DNA of 64,000 nt from Thermoplasmatales archaeon SW_10_69_26. GTDB lineage: Archaea; Thermoplasmatota; SW-10-69-26. The notes beneath the pieces are model-generated. The model ran no database searches, was not told the DNA's origin, and was given only the letters and a program-made list of their open reading frames with translations. Position 1 is the stretch's first letter. Each line of letters starts with the position of its first letter. The stretch lies in assembly GCA_003009755.1 (NCBI GenBank), contig PXUB01000045.1, positions 1 to 64,000 on the forward strand, given 5' to 3'. The translations under genes and the position numbers were made by a program. Below are positions 38,519 through 47,681 of the stretch, piece by piece.

Positions 38519-39448
38519 GTGCGCCAGTTCGTCGTCTCCGAGGCGCCGGTCTCGCGGGTCGCCCAACACGTTCGCGACACCGTCGAGGATGGCGGCGGGA
38601 TCGTGGCGCACCATACATCCCGCAAGACGGAGTTCGACCACCTGGACGTCAGCGACCAGTCCTGGCGGCGGGCCGGCTACGTCGGCACGTATCAACGCTT
38701 CCGGGAGAAGCCGGTCCAGGTCCGCGTCCGCGTCCGGGCTCAATGGCCCCGTCGATTGTTGTCCGGCAGCGTCTACCTCGGCTTCGCGGTGGCGCTGGTG
38801 TTCTTCCTCGCGTCGCTGGTCGAGATCGCTATCCCCCCGAACGCCTGGATCTTCACCTCGCTGCCGATCCTGGCCCTGATCGCGATCGCGTTCCTGATGT
38901 ACACGAGCTCGATGGCCGATTCGGAGACCGTCGAGCGGCGCATCGAGAACCGGCTCGTCGAGCGGTTGAACGACGATCCCGAGATCGAGGGCGAGATCTA
39001 CGACCTCGACGAGTGGGAGGCCTACCGGGACACGATCGTCGAGGAGGCCCGCGAGGACGCTCGCCAGCGGGCTCCCCACGGCAGCTCGCGGGTCCGACGC
39101 GCGCTGGCCGACGTCGGGGCTTGGGTCCCCAGCTTCGGCTCTGCGGACGATCCGCCGGCGGAGATCGGACCCGCTCGAGCCGACGACCCCGACGAGGAGG
39201 ACGAGGGCGGAGGGCTGGCGAGTCTCAAGGCCTCGCTGGGTCTGGGCTCGGCCGAGGACGGGGAGGACGCCGAGCCCGACGGGGGCGAGGAGGCCGACAA
39301 GGACGAGGAGGGGCCGGGCCTGCTCGCGAGCGTGAGGGACACGCTGTGCCTGGGTTCCGAGGACGGGGAGGCGGCCACCGGCGAGGACGAGGCCCCCGTC
39401 GAGGAGACCGCCGAAGCCGGCGACCGGCCCGATGCGGCCTCCTCGTGA
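38519..39448 (+). CDS. Hypothetical membrane protein with acidic low-complexity tail
   Basis: Two TM helices and acidic composition; CGAACCGTTTAAG promoter ~30 nt upstream. Confidence 0.7.
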   Translation: MRQFVVSEAPVSRVAQHVRDTVEDGGGIVAHHTSRKTEFDHLDVSDQSWRRAGYVGTYQRFREKPVQVRVRVRAQWPRRLLSGSVYLGFAVALVFFLASLVEIAIPPNAWIFTSLPILALIAIAFLMYTSSMADSETVERRIENRLVERLNDDPEIEGEIYDLDEWEAYRDTIVEEAREDARQRAPHGSSRVRRALADVGAWVPSFGSADDPPAEIGPARADDPDEEDEGGGLASLKASLGLGSAEDGEDAEPDGGEEADKDEEGPGLLASVRDTLCLGSEDGEAATGEDEAPVEETAEAGDRPDAASS

Positions 39449-39528
39449 GGCGGCGTCTGCCGACGAGGGGTTCCCGGCCCGCGTTACCCTTATCAGGCGG
39501 CGTCGCTGTGCCTCGGCGAGGTCCCACC

Positions 39529-40500
39529 ATGCCGCAATTCAGCTCTGCCGGCGAGCAGGACGTGACGAGGGCGATCGTTGGGTCGTACATGGACCAGTTC
39601 GACGATTACGTCGAGTCCGACGTGATCGTTGTCGGTGCCGGCCCGGCCGGTCTCTCCTGCGCGAAGACGCTCGCCGAGAACGACGTCAAGACGCTCGTCC
39701 TCGAGCGGAACAACTACCTCGGCGGCGGGTTCTGGCTCGGAGGCTTCCTGATGAACAAGCTGACGGCGCGCGCTCCCGCCCAGGAGATCTGGGACGAGCA
39801 GGGCGTCGACTACGAGGAGTACGAGGAGACCGAGGACCTCTTCATCGCCGACGCTCCCCACGCCTGTAGCGCGGCGATCAAGGACGCCTGCGATGCCGGT
39901 GCCGTCTTCCAGAACATGACGGAGTTCAAGGACCTCGTCGTGCGCGAACAGGGCAAGGTTCGCGGCGCCGTGATCAACTGGACGCCGGTGTCCTCGCTGC
40001 CCCGCGAGATCACCTGCGTGGATCCGATCGCGATCGAGTCCAAGATCCTCGTCGACGCGACCGGTCACCAGGCCGAGCCGCTCACGAAGCTCCACGAGCG
40101 CGGCTACGTCCGCGTGCCTGGCTTCGAGCGCGCCGACATCGAGACCTACGAGGACGCCCAGGAGTTCAACACGCACGCCGGCCACGACTCCCCGGCCCAC
40201 GATTCGATGTGGGTCGAGAAGTCCGAAGACGCCGTCGTCGAGCACACGGGCAAGGTCCACGATGGCCTCTACATGGCCGGCATGAGCGTGTGCACCGCTT
40301 TCGGCCTGCCCCGCATGGGTCCGACCTTCGGCGGCATGATGATCAGCGGACGCGAGTGCGGTCGACAGATCGCGGCCGAGCTCGAGGGCGAGGAGATCCA
40401 GACGCTGGACCTCCGCGAGCAGGCGAAGGGTCACCTGGCTACGAACGGCCACGAGACCCCCGACGAGGAGCAGGTCGAGCGGCCCGCCAAGCCCGAGTAG
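39529..40500 (+). CDS. thi4: Thiazole (ADT) synthase Thi4, Cys-type
   Basis: VGAGPAGL, GGGFWLGG, ITCVDP, DATGH and PRMGPTFGGM motifs. Confidence 0.95.
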   Translation: MPQFSSAGEQDVTRAIVGSYMDQFDDYVESDVIVVGAGPAGLSCAKTLAENDVKTLVLERNNYLGGGFWLGGFLMNKLTARAPAQEIWDEQGVDYEEYEETEDLFIADAPHACSAAIKDACDAGAVFQNMTEFKDLVVREQGKVRGAVINWTPVSSLPREITCVDPIAIESKILVDATGHQAEPLTKLHERGYVRVPGFERADIETYEDAQEFNTHAGHDSPAHDSMWVEKSEDAVVEHTGKVHDGLYMAGMSVCTAFGLPRMGPTFGGMMISGRECGRQIAAELEGEEIQTLDLREQAKGHLATNGHETPDEEQVERPAKPE

Positions 40501-40635
40501 ATCCCACGGGACGCGAAGGGCCCCAGCGCCGGCTCGTCGATGACCGGTCGGCCGCGGGCGTGGACGCGCCCGCCGCCGGTCCCTTCCCCGGGTTGGCCCG
40601 CGGCCCGCCCGCTCTCCTCCCCGAGCGAACGCGCC

Positions 40636-41415
40636 ATGGATCTGATCGTTCTCGACGAGACGGACGGCTCCGCCCTAGGCGAGGTGGAGGAGGACCTCTC
40701 CCGGTACGGGATCTCGGTCGAGCGGCGCGGTCTCCCGCGCGTCGGGCCCGAGGATCCCGACCGCGAGGCCTGGGCGGACTGGATCGCTTGGCACACCGCG
40801 TTCGCTCGCGTCCGCGACGTCGACGCGCCCCCGCCCGAGCGCGAGCCGCCGGTCGCCGCCGTCGCCACCGAGCGCGAGGCGGTGCTCGCCGGCGAAAGCG
40901 GTCCCGGCCTCTTGTACGACGGGCGCCGCCTGCTGGAGGCCTTCCACGGCCCGCTCCCCGACGAGCTGGCGGTCCCCGGCGAGGATCCGGTCGTCGTGCT
41001 GACCGACCGACTGGTCGGCACGCACGAGGGCGACCGCTACCACGTGCGCTTCCTCGTGAACGGGCATCCCTGCATCGTGAGTCCGCCCGGCTTCGTCGAC
41101 GGGCCGGCCCGCGATCGGTCCTTCTACATGGCCAAGCAGGTGCTCGGCAGCGCGCACGACGCCGACCAGGTCAGCGACGACGACCACCTCCGGCGCAACG
41201 ACGACCGGCTGCCGACCTGCGTCGCCAGCGCTTTCCTGCAGACGCTGGCTTACCACGACACTGGCGAGCCGTTCTGCGAGGACGAGGGCTGCCGGCTGTT
41301 CAACCCGCACTGGCAGGAGGATCTGCTCTCCTCGATGGCGACGACGGACCTGTGCGAGGAGCACGGGGTCTGGTTGGCCGACGTGGCCGACGTCGACCGG
41401 GCTCGCCAGCCCTGA
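40636..41415 (+). CDS. Archaeal conserved protein, putative metallopeptidase-like (DUF6775/DUF7001-like)
   Basis: LYDG, LTDRLVGT, DRYH, GFVDGPAR and GEPFCEDEGCRLFNPHWQE Cys/His cluster. Confidence 0.7.
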   Translation: MDLIVLDETDGSALGEVEEDLSRYGISVERRGLPRVGPEDPDREAWADWIAWHTAFARVRDVDAPPPEREPPVAAVATEREAVLAGESGPGLLYDGRRLLEAFHGPLPDELAVPGEDPVVVLTDRLVGTHEGDRYHVRFLVNGHPCIVSPPGFVDGPARDRSFYMAKQVLGSAHDADQVSDDDHLRRNDDRLPTCVASAFLQTLAYHDTGEPFCEDEGCRLFNPHWQEDLLSSMATTDLCEEHGVWLADVADVDRARQP

Positions 41416-41471
41416 CCGGTCACCGACCCCCGACCCTCGCCTTTTTCGACCAGCATCGCGTTCCTGGCGCG

Positions 41472-42257
41472 ATGGCACAGACGTTCGCCGAGGACGTGTT
41501 GGATGGTCGGCGCGCGCTCGTGACCGGGGGCGGTACCGGCCTGGGGCGCGCGATGACGGAGGTCTTCCTCGACCACGGGGCCGAGGTCGCGATCGCCTCC
41601 CGCAAACGCTACGCGCAGGCCGCCGACGAGCTGGGCATCCCCGGGTTCGAGCTGGATGTCCGCGACGAGGAGGCCTGCCAGCGCGTCGTCGACGAGGCCT
41701 CGGACGCGCTGGGCGGGTTGGACCTGCTGGTCAACAACGCGGCGGGCAACTTCCTGTCGCCGGCGGCCAACCTCTCCGAGAACGGGTGGCGGTCCGTCGT
41801 CGACATCGTGCTCGACGGCACCTTCCGGATGTCGCAGGCCGCCTACCCCGAGCTGGCGGAGGCCGAGGAGGCCAACGTCGTCAACATCGTGGCCACGTAC
41901 GCTTGGACGGCGGCCCCGATGGTGTCGCACAGCGGTGCGGCCAAGTCCGGCGTGCTCAACCTCACCCGGTCGCTGGCCGTCGAGTGGGGCGACGACGACG
42001 TGCGCGTGAACGCGATCGCGCCCGGCCCCGTCGTGACCGAGAAGGCCGCCGAGCACCTGGGCTACGCCGACCCGGAGGTGCAGGAGAAGCTGGCGACGAA
42101 GATCCCGATGGATCGCCTGGGCGAGCCCGAGGAGATCGCGGATGCGGCCCTGTTCCTCTCCTCGCCGGCGGCCCGATGGGTGACCGGCGAGTGCCTGGTC
42201 GTCGACGGCGGCCAGTGGCTGCAGGGCAACCTCTTCGACGCGCTCATGAGCGAGTGA
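41472..42257 (+). CDS. SDR, 2,4-dienoyl-CoA reductase-like
   Basis: VTGGGTGLG, NNAAGNF, HSGAAK and LAVEWG motifs. Confidence 0.9.
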   Translation: MAQTFAEDVLDGRRALVTGGGTGLGRAMTEVFLDHGAEVAIASRKRYAQAADELGIPGFELDVRDEEACQRVVDEASDALGGLDLLVNNAAGNFLSPAANLSENGWRSVVDIVLDGTFRMSQAAYPELAEAEEANVVNIVATYAWTAAPMVSHSGAAKSGVLNLTRSLAVEWGDDDVRVNAIAPGPVVTEKAAEHLGYADPEVQEKLATKIPMDRLGEPEEIADAALFLSSPAARWVTGECLVVDGGQWLQGNLFDALMSE

Positions 42258-42562
42258 ACGCCTCGGCCGGCCCGGCTTGAGCCACCGACGACGCCGACGC
42301 CGTCGACGCGGCCACCCCCAGCGACCTCCGGCGCCGCCGTGCGTGGCGCCGCTCGCCGGCTCTGCCTGGCGCGCGAGCGCCTCGACCGCGTCGGGCCGAC
42401 CTCGTCGGCCCCTCGCTTGTCCCCCTTCTCTCCCCGTGTGCTTCGAGCCGAACGGACAGCGGTTCGCGGCGCACGAACGTCATCCCAAAGCTTTCCCGCC
42501 ACGCGGACCCTCCCGCGCGCCGCCGGCACACGGCGCCGGTGGGGTTGGGAGCTAGCTCCACG

Positions 42563-42853
42563 ATGCGACGAACCGCGACGATCCTAGCTGCGATCCTGAC
42601 GGTCGGCCTCGCGATGGCGCCGGCCGCGGCCGCGCACCACGCCGAGGACGAGTCCGATGCGAACGTCGAGGGCGACTACTACGTCACCGTCGACGAGGAC
42701 GACGGCCTGACGCTCTGGGAGGAGACCAACGGCCACGAGGGCCTGCAGACCAGCACCACGACGTACGCGCCCGTTAACGACGGCTGCGTCGGCGACGACC
42801 GGCCGAAGGGCGACGTCTGCGCGGCTCCCGCTGACGCCGAGATCGAGCTGTGA
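42563..42853 (+). CDS. Small secreted acidic protein (WEExNGxxGLQT family)
   Basis: Signal peptide ending AAA, LWEETNGHEGLQT and two Cys; motif shared with 55205-55618. Confidence 0.75.
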   Translation: MRRTATILAAILTVGLAMAPAAAAHHAEDESDANVEGDYYVTVDEDDGLTLWEETNGHEGLQTSTTTYAPVNDGCVGDDRPKGDVCAAPADAEIEL

Positions 42854-42956
42854 GCGGGACGGGCCGATCCGATCACGGTGGGGTGGGGTCCCCCTACCGT
42901 CTTCCTCTTTTCTCGACGCGCGAACGCAACCCGAAGCGATTTAGCCTGCGTCCGTC

Positions 42957-44057
42957 ATGCCGTGTGTCGTCGTGGCTTGGAGGCGGCAGCGTGGACCCTG
43001 TCGAGGCTCGTGGGTGGTCGTCGCGTTGGCCCTGGGCCTCGCGACGGCCGCGGTGCCCGCCGGGGGCTACCACCTCGGGTTGGATGCCGTCCACACCGAG
43101 GAGGTCGACCGGCCCGGGGCCTTCGGGGTCAGCGTCGACCTGGCCGAGGATGCCGAGTCCGAGACGATCGAGTACGTCGTGAACGGCTACGGCGAGAAGC
43201 TGTCGACCCCGGTCTCGCACGGGACGGCGCTGTTCGACGGCGATGGCACCTACCTCGGGATGGTCGTCGTCACGGTCCTGTACTCCCCCAACCGGGTGCA
43301 CCTGGAAACGTCGCCCACCGGCGAGATCGTGTCCGAGGACGGGGGCCGCGGCGTGCACGTCGAAACGCACGGGGATCTCAGCTCCGCGGGCGAGCTCGAG
43401 CTCGTGCTCGAGACCAGCGACGGCTCCAGCGACGAGGCGCCGACGATGCGCACCTTCACGGCGTGGTACGGGCGAGGCCCCGGCACGCACCAGGTGATCA
43501 CGTGGCTGGGCGAGGCCGAGGGGACCGAGCTCGTCGTCCGGACGGAGGCCAACGTCACCGATCTCCGCACGGAGGCCGGTACCGCGCACGTGGCCGGCGA
43601 CCAGGACATGGAGCGATCGACCGTGAACGCGCAGGCCCAGGAGGGCTTCGTGGCCGGCTCGGTCCCGCTGGAGGACACGGAGTCGCTGGGCGCCAAGGCG
43701 ATGGCCCGGGCCTCCGTCGAGGCGGACGTCGATCGCGAGCTGCACGGCGCCTGGAGCCTCTTCGAGGACAAGGGGACCTGCCTGGCGCAGCCCCTGTGCC
43801 TGGAGCCGACGGACGTCTACGACGCCTGCCGGCTGGCGATCGGGGTCGACTGCGGTCCGGCCAGCATCTCGTGGACGAACGGGACCCAGGAGGGCACGGC
43901 GCAGGGCACCTACATCTACAACGGAGCCGATCCCGGAGCCTACACGTTCACGGTGGACCGCAAGGCCGACGCCTACGAGGTCGGCGGCCCCGGGTTCGAC
44001 TGGCAGGAGAACCACTCGTTCCTGTCGGTCGGCGACGCCGGCCTGCCGGCGGAGTAG
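42957..44057 (+). CDS. Hypothetical secreted protein
   Basis: Hydrophobic signal segment, acidic beta-rich body and a four-Cys cluster; start uncertain. Confidence 0.65.
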   Translation: MPCVVVAWRRQRGPCRGSWVVVALALGLATAAVPAGGYHLGLDAVHTEEVDRPGAFGVSVDLAEDAESETIEYVVNGYGEKLSTPVSHGTALFDGDGTYLGMVVVTVLYSPNRVHLETSPTGEIVSEDGGRGVHVETHGDLSSAGELELVLETSDGSSDEAPTMRTFTAWYGRGPGTHQVITWLGEAEGTELVVRTEANVTDLRTEAGTAHVAGDQDMERSTVNAQAQEGFVAGSVPLEDTESLGAKAMARASVEADVDRELHGAWSLFEDKGTCLAQPLCLEPTDVYDACRLAIGVDCGPASISWTNGTQEGTAQGTYIYNGADPGAYTFTVDRKADAYEVGGPGFDWQENHSFLSVGDAGLPAE

Positions 44058-44188
44058 CCCGCCTCAGGCGGGTTCGCTTTCGCGGTCTCTGGCCCGATCG
44101 GGTCCTCGTCGGTCCCCTCCTGCCTGCGACGAGGGCAAGCGAGCCGGCGGGGGTCCAGCCGAACGCGGCCGGCCCGGTCGCCGGCAGT

Positions 44189-46291
44189 CTAGTCCTCGTG
44201 CAGCATCGCCGTCAGCTCCGCGGGTGTCTGGGCGACCTGACAGGCACCGTCCTGGCACACGATGGCGACGGCCTCGTCGGCGAACGTGCCCGCGGCCTGG
44301 CGGGCCTGTTCGGGGACGGCGTCGTGGTCGGGGTGCTCGGCGTGGACGAGCGTGAGCTGCGGGATCGGCGCCTGGCGGGCGCGGGCCGAAAGCGGGTCGG
44401 CCTCGGCCGGGTCGCCGGTGACGATCACGTGGGGCGGTTCGTCGACGCGGGCGGCGATCGCGCGCATCAACGTGGCGCCGTGGAGACCGCCGAGGTCGTC
44501 GGCGCGGCCTGCGATCGCCTCGAGGATCTCGTCGGCCACCTCGCGGTAGCGCTCCTCGCCCGTGAGGTTCGCCAACCGGGGCAGGTGGAGGGCGGCTTGG
44601 GCGGCGGGCGCGGGCGTGGGTTGATCGCCGCGCGGGGCCGGGTCCTCCTCCTCGCGGTTGAAGCGGACCAGGCCGTCGTCTCGGGTGAAGTCGTCGACGA
44701 GCACGTCGCCGACCTGGCGGGCGGCCTCGAGGTAGGTCTCGTCTTGGGTGGTGCGGAAGGCGGCCAGCAGGCCGGCCAGGCCGTGGGTCTGGTCCTCGGC
44801 CAAGCCCCACACGCGGGCGCCGTCCTCGGAGAGGGCGTGGGCGAAGCCGTCCTCCGGTTCGAAGGCCTCCTCGAGCAGGCGGTCGAGGGCGCCCAGGGCG
44901 GCCTCGCGGGCCTCCTCGTCGCCGTGCATGTCGTCGAGCAGGAGCAGGCCCTCGACGGCGAGGCCGTTCCAGTCGGCGTACACGGTGGGATCGATCGGGG
45001 GCCGCCGGCGCTCGCGGCGCGCCTCGAGCAGGCGCGAGCGGATGTCGGCGAGCTCCTCGCGGACCTCGTCGGGCGAGCGGCCGGTGCCCTCGGCGATGTT
45101 CTCGGGGCTGGAGACCTGGTGGAGCACGTTGCGGTCGGGGGCGTGGTCCATGTCGCCGCGCTCCTCGATGCCGTAGGCCAGGCGGGCGAGCTTCACCTCG
45201 TCCTCGTCGTCGAGGACCTCGCGGACCTCCTCGAGGGTCCACGTGAAGTAGTCGCCCTCCTCCATGTCCTCGCGGTCGACCGGGCCCTCGGCCTCGGGGC
45301 GGCGGTCGGCGTCCATCGACCCGCCGAATCCGCCCTCCTCCCGCTCGAGGACCTCGCGCACGAACCCGCGCGTCCGACGGGCGGTGTCGACGAGCACCGG
45401 GGCGCGGTCGTCGTCGAGCAGCTGGGCGCGCCGGCCGGCCACGGCGTAGGCGGCCGCGAGCTGGGCCTGGTCGTACAGCATCTTCTCGAAGTGGGGCACG
45501 TGCCAGGCTTCGTCGGTGCTGTAGCGGTGGAACCCGCCGCCGAGGTGGTCCCAGACGCCGCCCTCGCGCATGGCTTGCATGGTGTGGGCGAGGGCTTCCC
45601 AGGCGCCCTTGCCGGTCGGTTCGGTACCGCGGGCGTGCTCGGTGAGCAGGGTCAGCGCGGTGGCTTGGGGGAACTTCGGTTGCTGGCCGAAGCCGCCGTG
45701 GGCGGGGTCGTAGGCGGACAGCGCGGATTGGACGCCCTGCTCGACGACGGTGCGGTCGACCTCGCCCGGTTGGGCGCCGCTGCGCTGCTCGAGGACCTCG
45801 CGGATCTTGGCTGCTTGCTGTTCGGCCTGCTCGGTGTCCTGCTCGTAGATGTCGGCGGCCTTCTGGAGCACGTCCGTGAACGCCGGCATGCCGCCGGCGG
45901 CTTCGCGGGGGAAGTAGGTGCCGCCGAAGTACACCTCGCCGTCGGGGGTGAGGAACGCGGTCAGGGGCCAGCCGCCGCGACCGGTGAGCGCGCCGACGGC
46001 CTGCTGCAGGCGGCGGTCGACGTCGGGGCGCTCGTCGCGGTCGAGCTTGACGGGTACGAACCGCTCGTTGATCAGCTCGGCCGTCGCCGGGTCCTCGTAG
46101 CTTTCGTGGTCCATCACGTGGCACCAGTGGCACCACACGGCCCCGGAGTCGACGAGCACCGGCTTGCCCTCCTGGCGTGCCTTCTCCAGCGGGTCGTCGT
46201 CCAGCGTGTGCCAGTCGACCGGCTGGGTCGCGGCTTCTTCCAGGTACGGGCTCGCTTGGTCGGCCAGCCGGGGGTTGACCCGCTCGCTCAT
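44189..46291 (-). CDS. Thioredoxin domain-containing protein YyaL/SSP411 (DUF255)
   Basis: SPYL, WCHWCHVM, DRDERPDVD, GGWPLT, GGGFHRYSTD and PHFEKMLYDQ motifs. Confidence 0.93.
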   Translation of the reverse strand: MSERVNPRLADQASPYLEEAATQPVDWHTLDDDPLEKARQEGKPVLVDSGAVWCHWCHVMDHESYEDPATAELINERFVPVKLDRDERPDVDRRLQQAVGALTGRGGWPLTAFLTPDGEVYFGGTYFPREAAGGMPAFTDVLQKAADIYEQDTEQAEQQAAKIREVLEQRSGAQPGEVDRTVVEQGVQSALSAYDPAHGGFGQQPKFPQATALTLLTEHARGTEPTGKGAWEALAHTMQAMREGGVWDHLGGGFHRYSTDEAWHVPHFEKMLYDQAQLAAAYAVAGRRAQLLDDDRAPVLVDTARRTRGFVREVLEREEGGFGGSMDADRRPEAEGPVDREDMEEGDYFTWTLEEVREVLDDEDEVKLARLAYGIEERGDMDHAPDRNVLHQVSSPENIAEGTGRSPDEVREELADIRSRLLEARRERRRPPIDPTVYADWNGLAVEGLLLLDDMHGDEEAREAALGALDRLLEEAFEPEDGFAHALSEDGARVWGLAEDQTHGLAGLLAAFRTTQDETYLEAARQVGDVLVDDFTRDDGLVRFNREEEDPAPRGDQPTPAPAAQAALHLPRLANLTGEERYREVADEILEAIAGRADDLGGLHGATLMRAIAARVDEPPHVIVTGDPAEADPLSARARQAPIPQLTLVHAEHPDHDAVPEQARQAAGTFADEAVAIVCQDGACQVAQTPAELTAMLHED

Positions 46292-46413
46292 CGGTCCCCG
46301 CAGCGGTCGACGGCGGTTTGAGGGTTGGGGGCCATCGTTCGGGCTCGGGCGTCAACGATCCGTTCAGAGGGTTTTTGTGACGGTTCGCTGGTCCCCAGCC
46401 GCGGAGGTTCGTC

Positions 46414-47607
46414 GTGATGCGTCGGAACGCAGGGATGGCTGTGCTCGTGGTTGCGCTGTTGACCGCCGGGTGGGGCCCGATCGCATCGGGCGCCCAGACG
46501 ACGGCGACGGGACCGGACCTCGTCGTCGGGAGCGTGCTGGTGCAGCCCAGCGAGCCCGAGAGCGGTGAGCGGATCAAATTCTACGCGAACGTGACCAACG
46601 AGGGCAACGAGTCGGCGGACTCCTTCTCGATCGTTCTCGAGTTGCACGACGCGAACAGCTCGGCCTACGAACCCATCCGCAACGTGACCGTGGAGACGCT
46701 GGCGCCTGGCAATCTCACGAGCGTGCGCTCCGACTTCACGCTGTCCGAGGGCCACTACGAGATCCACGCCATCGCCGACGAGGGCGACGACGTGAACGAG
46801 ACCGACGAGCAGAACAACATGGCCGTGGAGACGTTCCAGGTGACCCAGTCCGACGATCCCGCCAACCTCGCCGCCCAGGCCTACGTCCGCGATGGGGCGG
46901 TCGGCGAGCCGACCGAGGCCCGCTACCGCGTGTCGAACACCGGCCACGGGGACGCGGGAGCCTCCGACGTCGAGGTGCGCCTCGACGGCGACGTGATCGA
47001 CCGTCAGCGGATCGGTAGCCTCGATGCAGGCATGTCGGTGTCGTGGACGGACACGCTGGGCCCCTTCGAGGAGCCCGGGTCCCACCGGGTCGCCCTGATC
47101 GCCGACGCCGACGACGAGGTGAGCGAGTCCTACGAGCGGGACAACCGGGACATCGAACGCTTCGAGATCCTCGCGTTCCCCGACCCGGCCGTGACGGCGC
47201 TGACCGTGGACAAGAACCGTGTGCGCACGGACGCGGCGACGGGGCCGGCGAACCCGATCGCAGGCCAGGACGTGGCGGTCACGGTCGAGAACATCGGCCA
47301 GGGCGAGGTGGAGAGCTTCACCGAGGTCCACGTCGAGGCCTGTCCGGAGGACGGAGCCGTGCACCTCCCGCCGCTACGGGCGACCTGCGACCGGATCGAG
47401 CACACCTACCTGGGGCCCTCGGAGGTCGAGCACGGGACGACGATCGAGGCCGAGTGGGACACGACCGGGAAGGCCGGCGACTGGACGGTGTGCGCCTACC
47501 TCGAGAACGAGTCCCTCCAGACGGACCGCACGAACGACGAGCGCTGCCAGGACACGTTCGTCGCCGTCGGCGGCACCGGCCTGGGCGGGATCGCGGCGTT
47601 CGGGTGA
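46414..47607 (+). CDS. Secreted CARDB-repeat protein
   Basis: Signal peptide; PDLVV...VTNEG...ADEGDDVNETDEQNN repeats; Cys-containing last domain. Confidence 0.85.
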   Translation: MMRRNAGMAVLVVALLTAGWGPIASGAQTTATGPDLVVGSVLVQPSEPESGERIKFYANVTNEGNESADSFSIVLELHDANSSAYEPIRNVTVETLAPGNLTSVRSDFTLSEGHYEIHAIADEGDDVNETDEQNNMAVETFQVTQSDDPANLAAQAYVRDGAVGEPTEARYRVSNTGHGDAGASDVEVRLDGDVIDRQRIGSLDAGMSVSWTDTLGPFEEPGSHRVALIADADDEVSESYERDNRDIERFEILAFPDPAVTALTVDKNRVRTDAATGPANPIAGQDVAVTVENIGQGEVESFTEVHVEACPEDGAVHLPPLRATCDRIEHTYLGPSEVEHGTTIEAEWDTTGKAGDWTVCAYLENESLQTDRTNDERCQDTFVAVGGTGLGGIAAFG

Positions 47608-47681
47608 CCGCGAGGACGTGAAGCGACCTTCACGAGAACGTTGAAGCACCGGTTCGCGAGCCGATAGGTCGGGGACCGATC

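Noticed and set aside
39449-39528. TPP riboswitch upstream of thi4
   Set aside because: No CUGAGA or AUACCUG-type core, and the region is mostly promoter.
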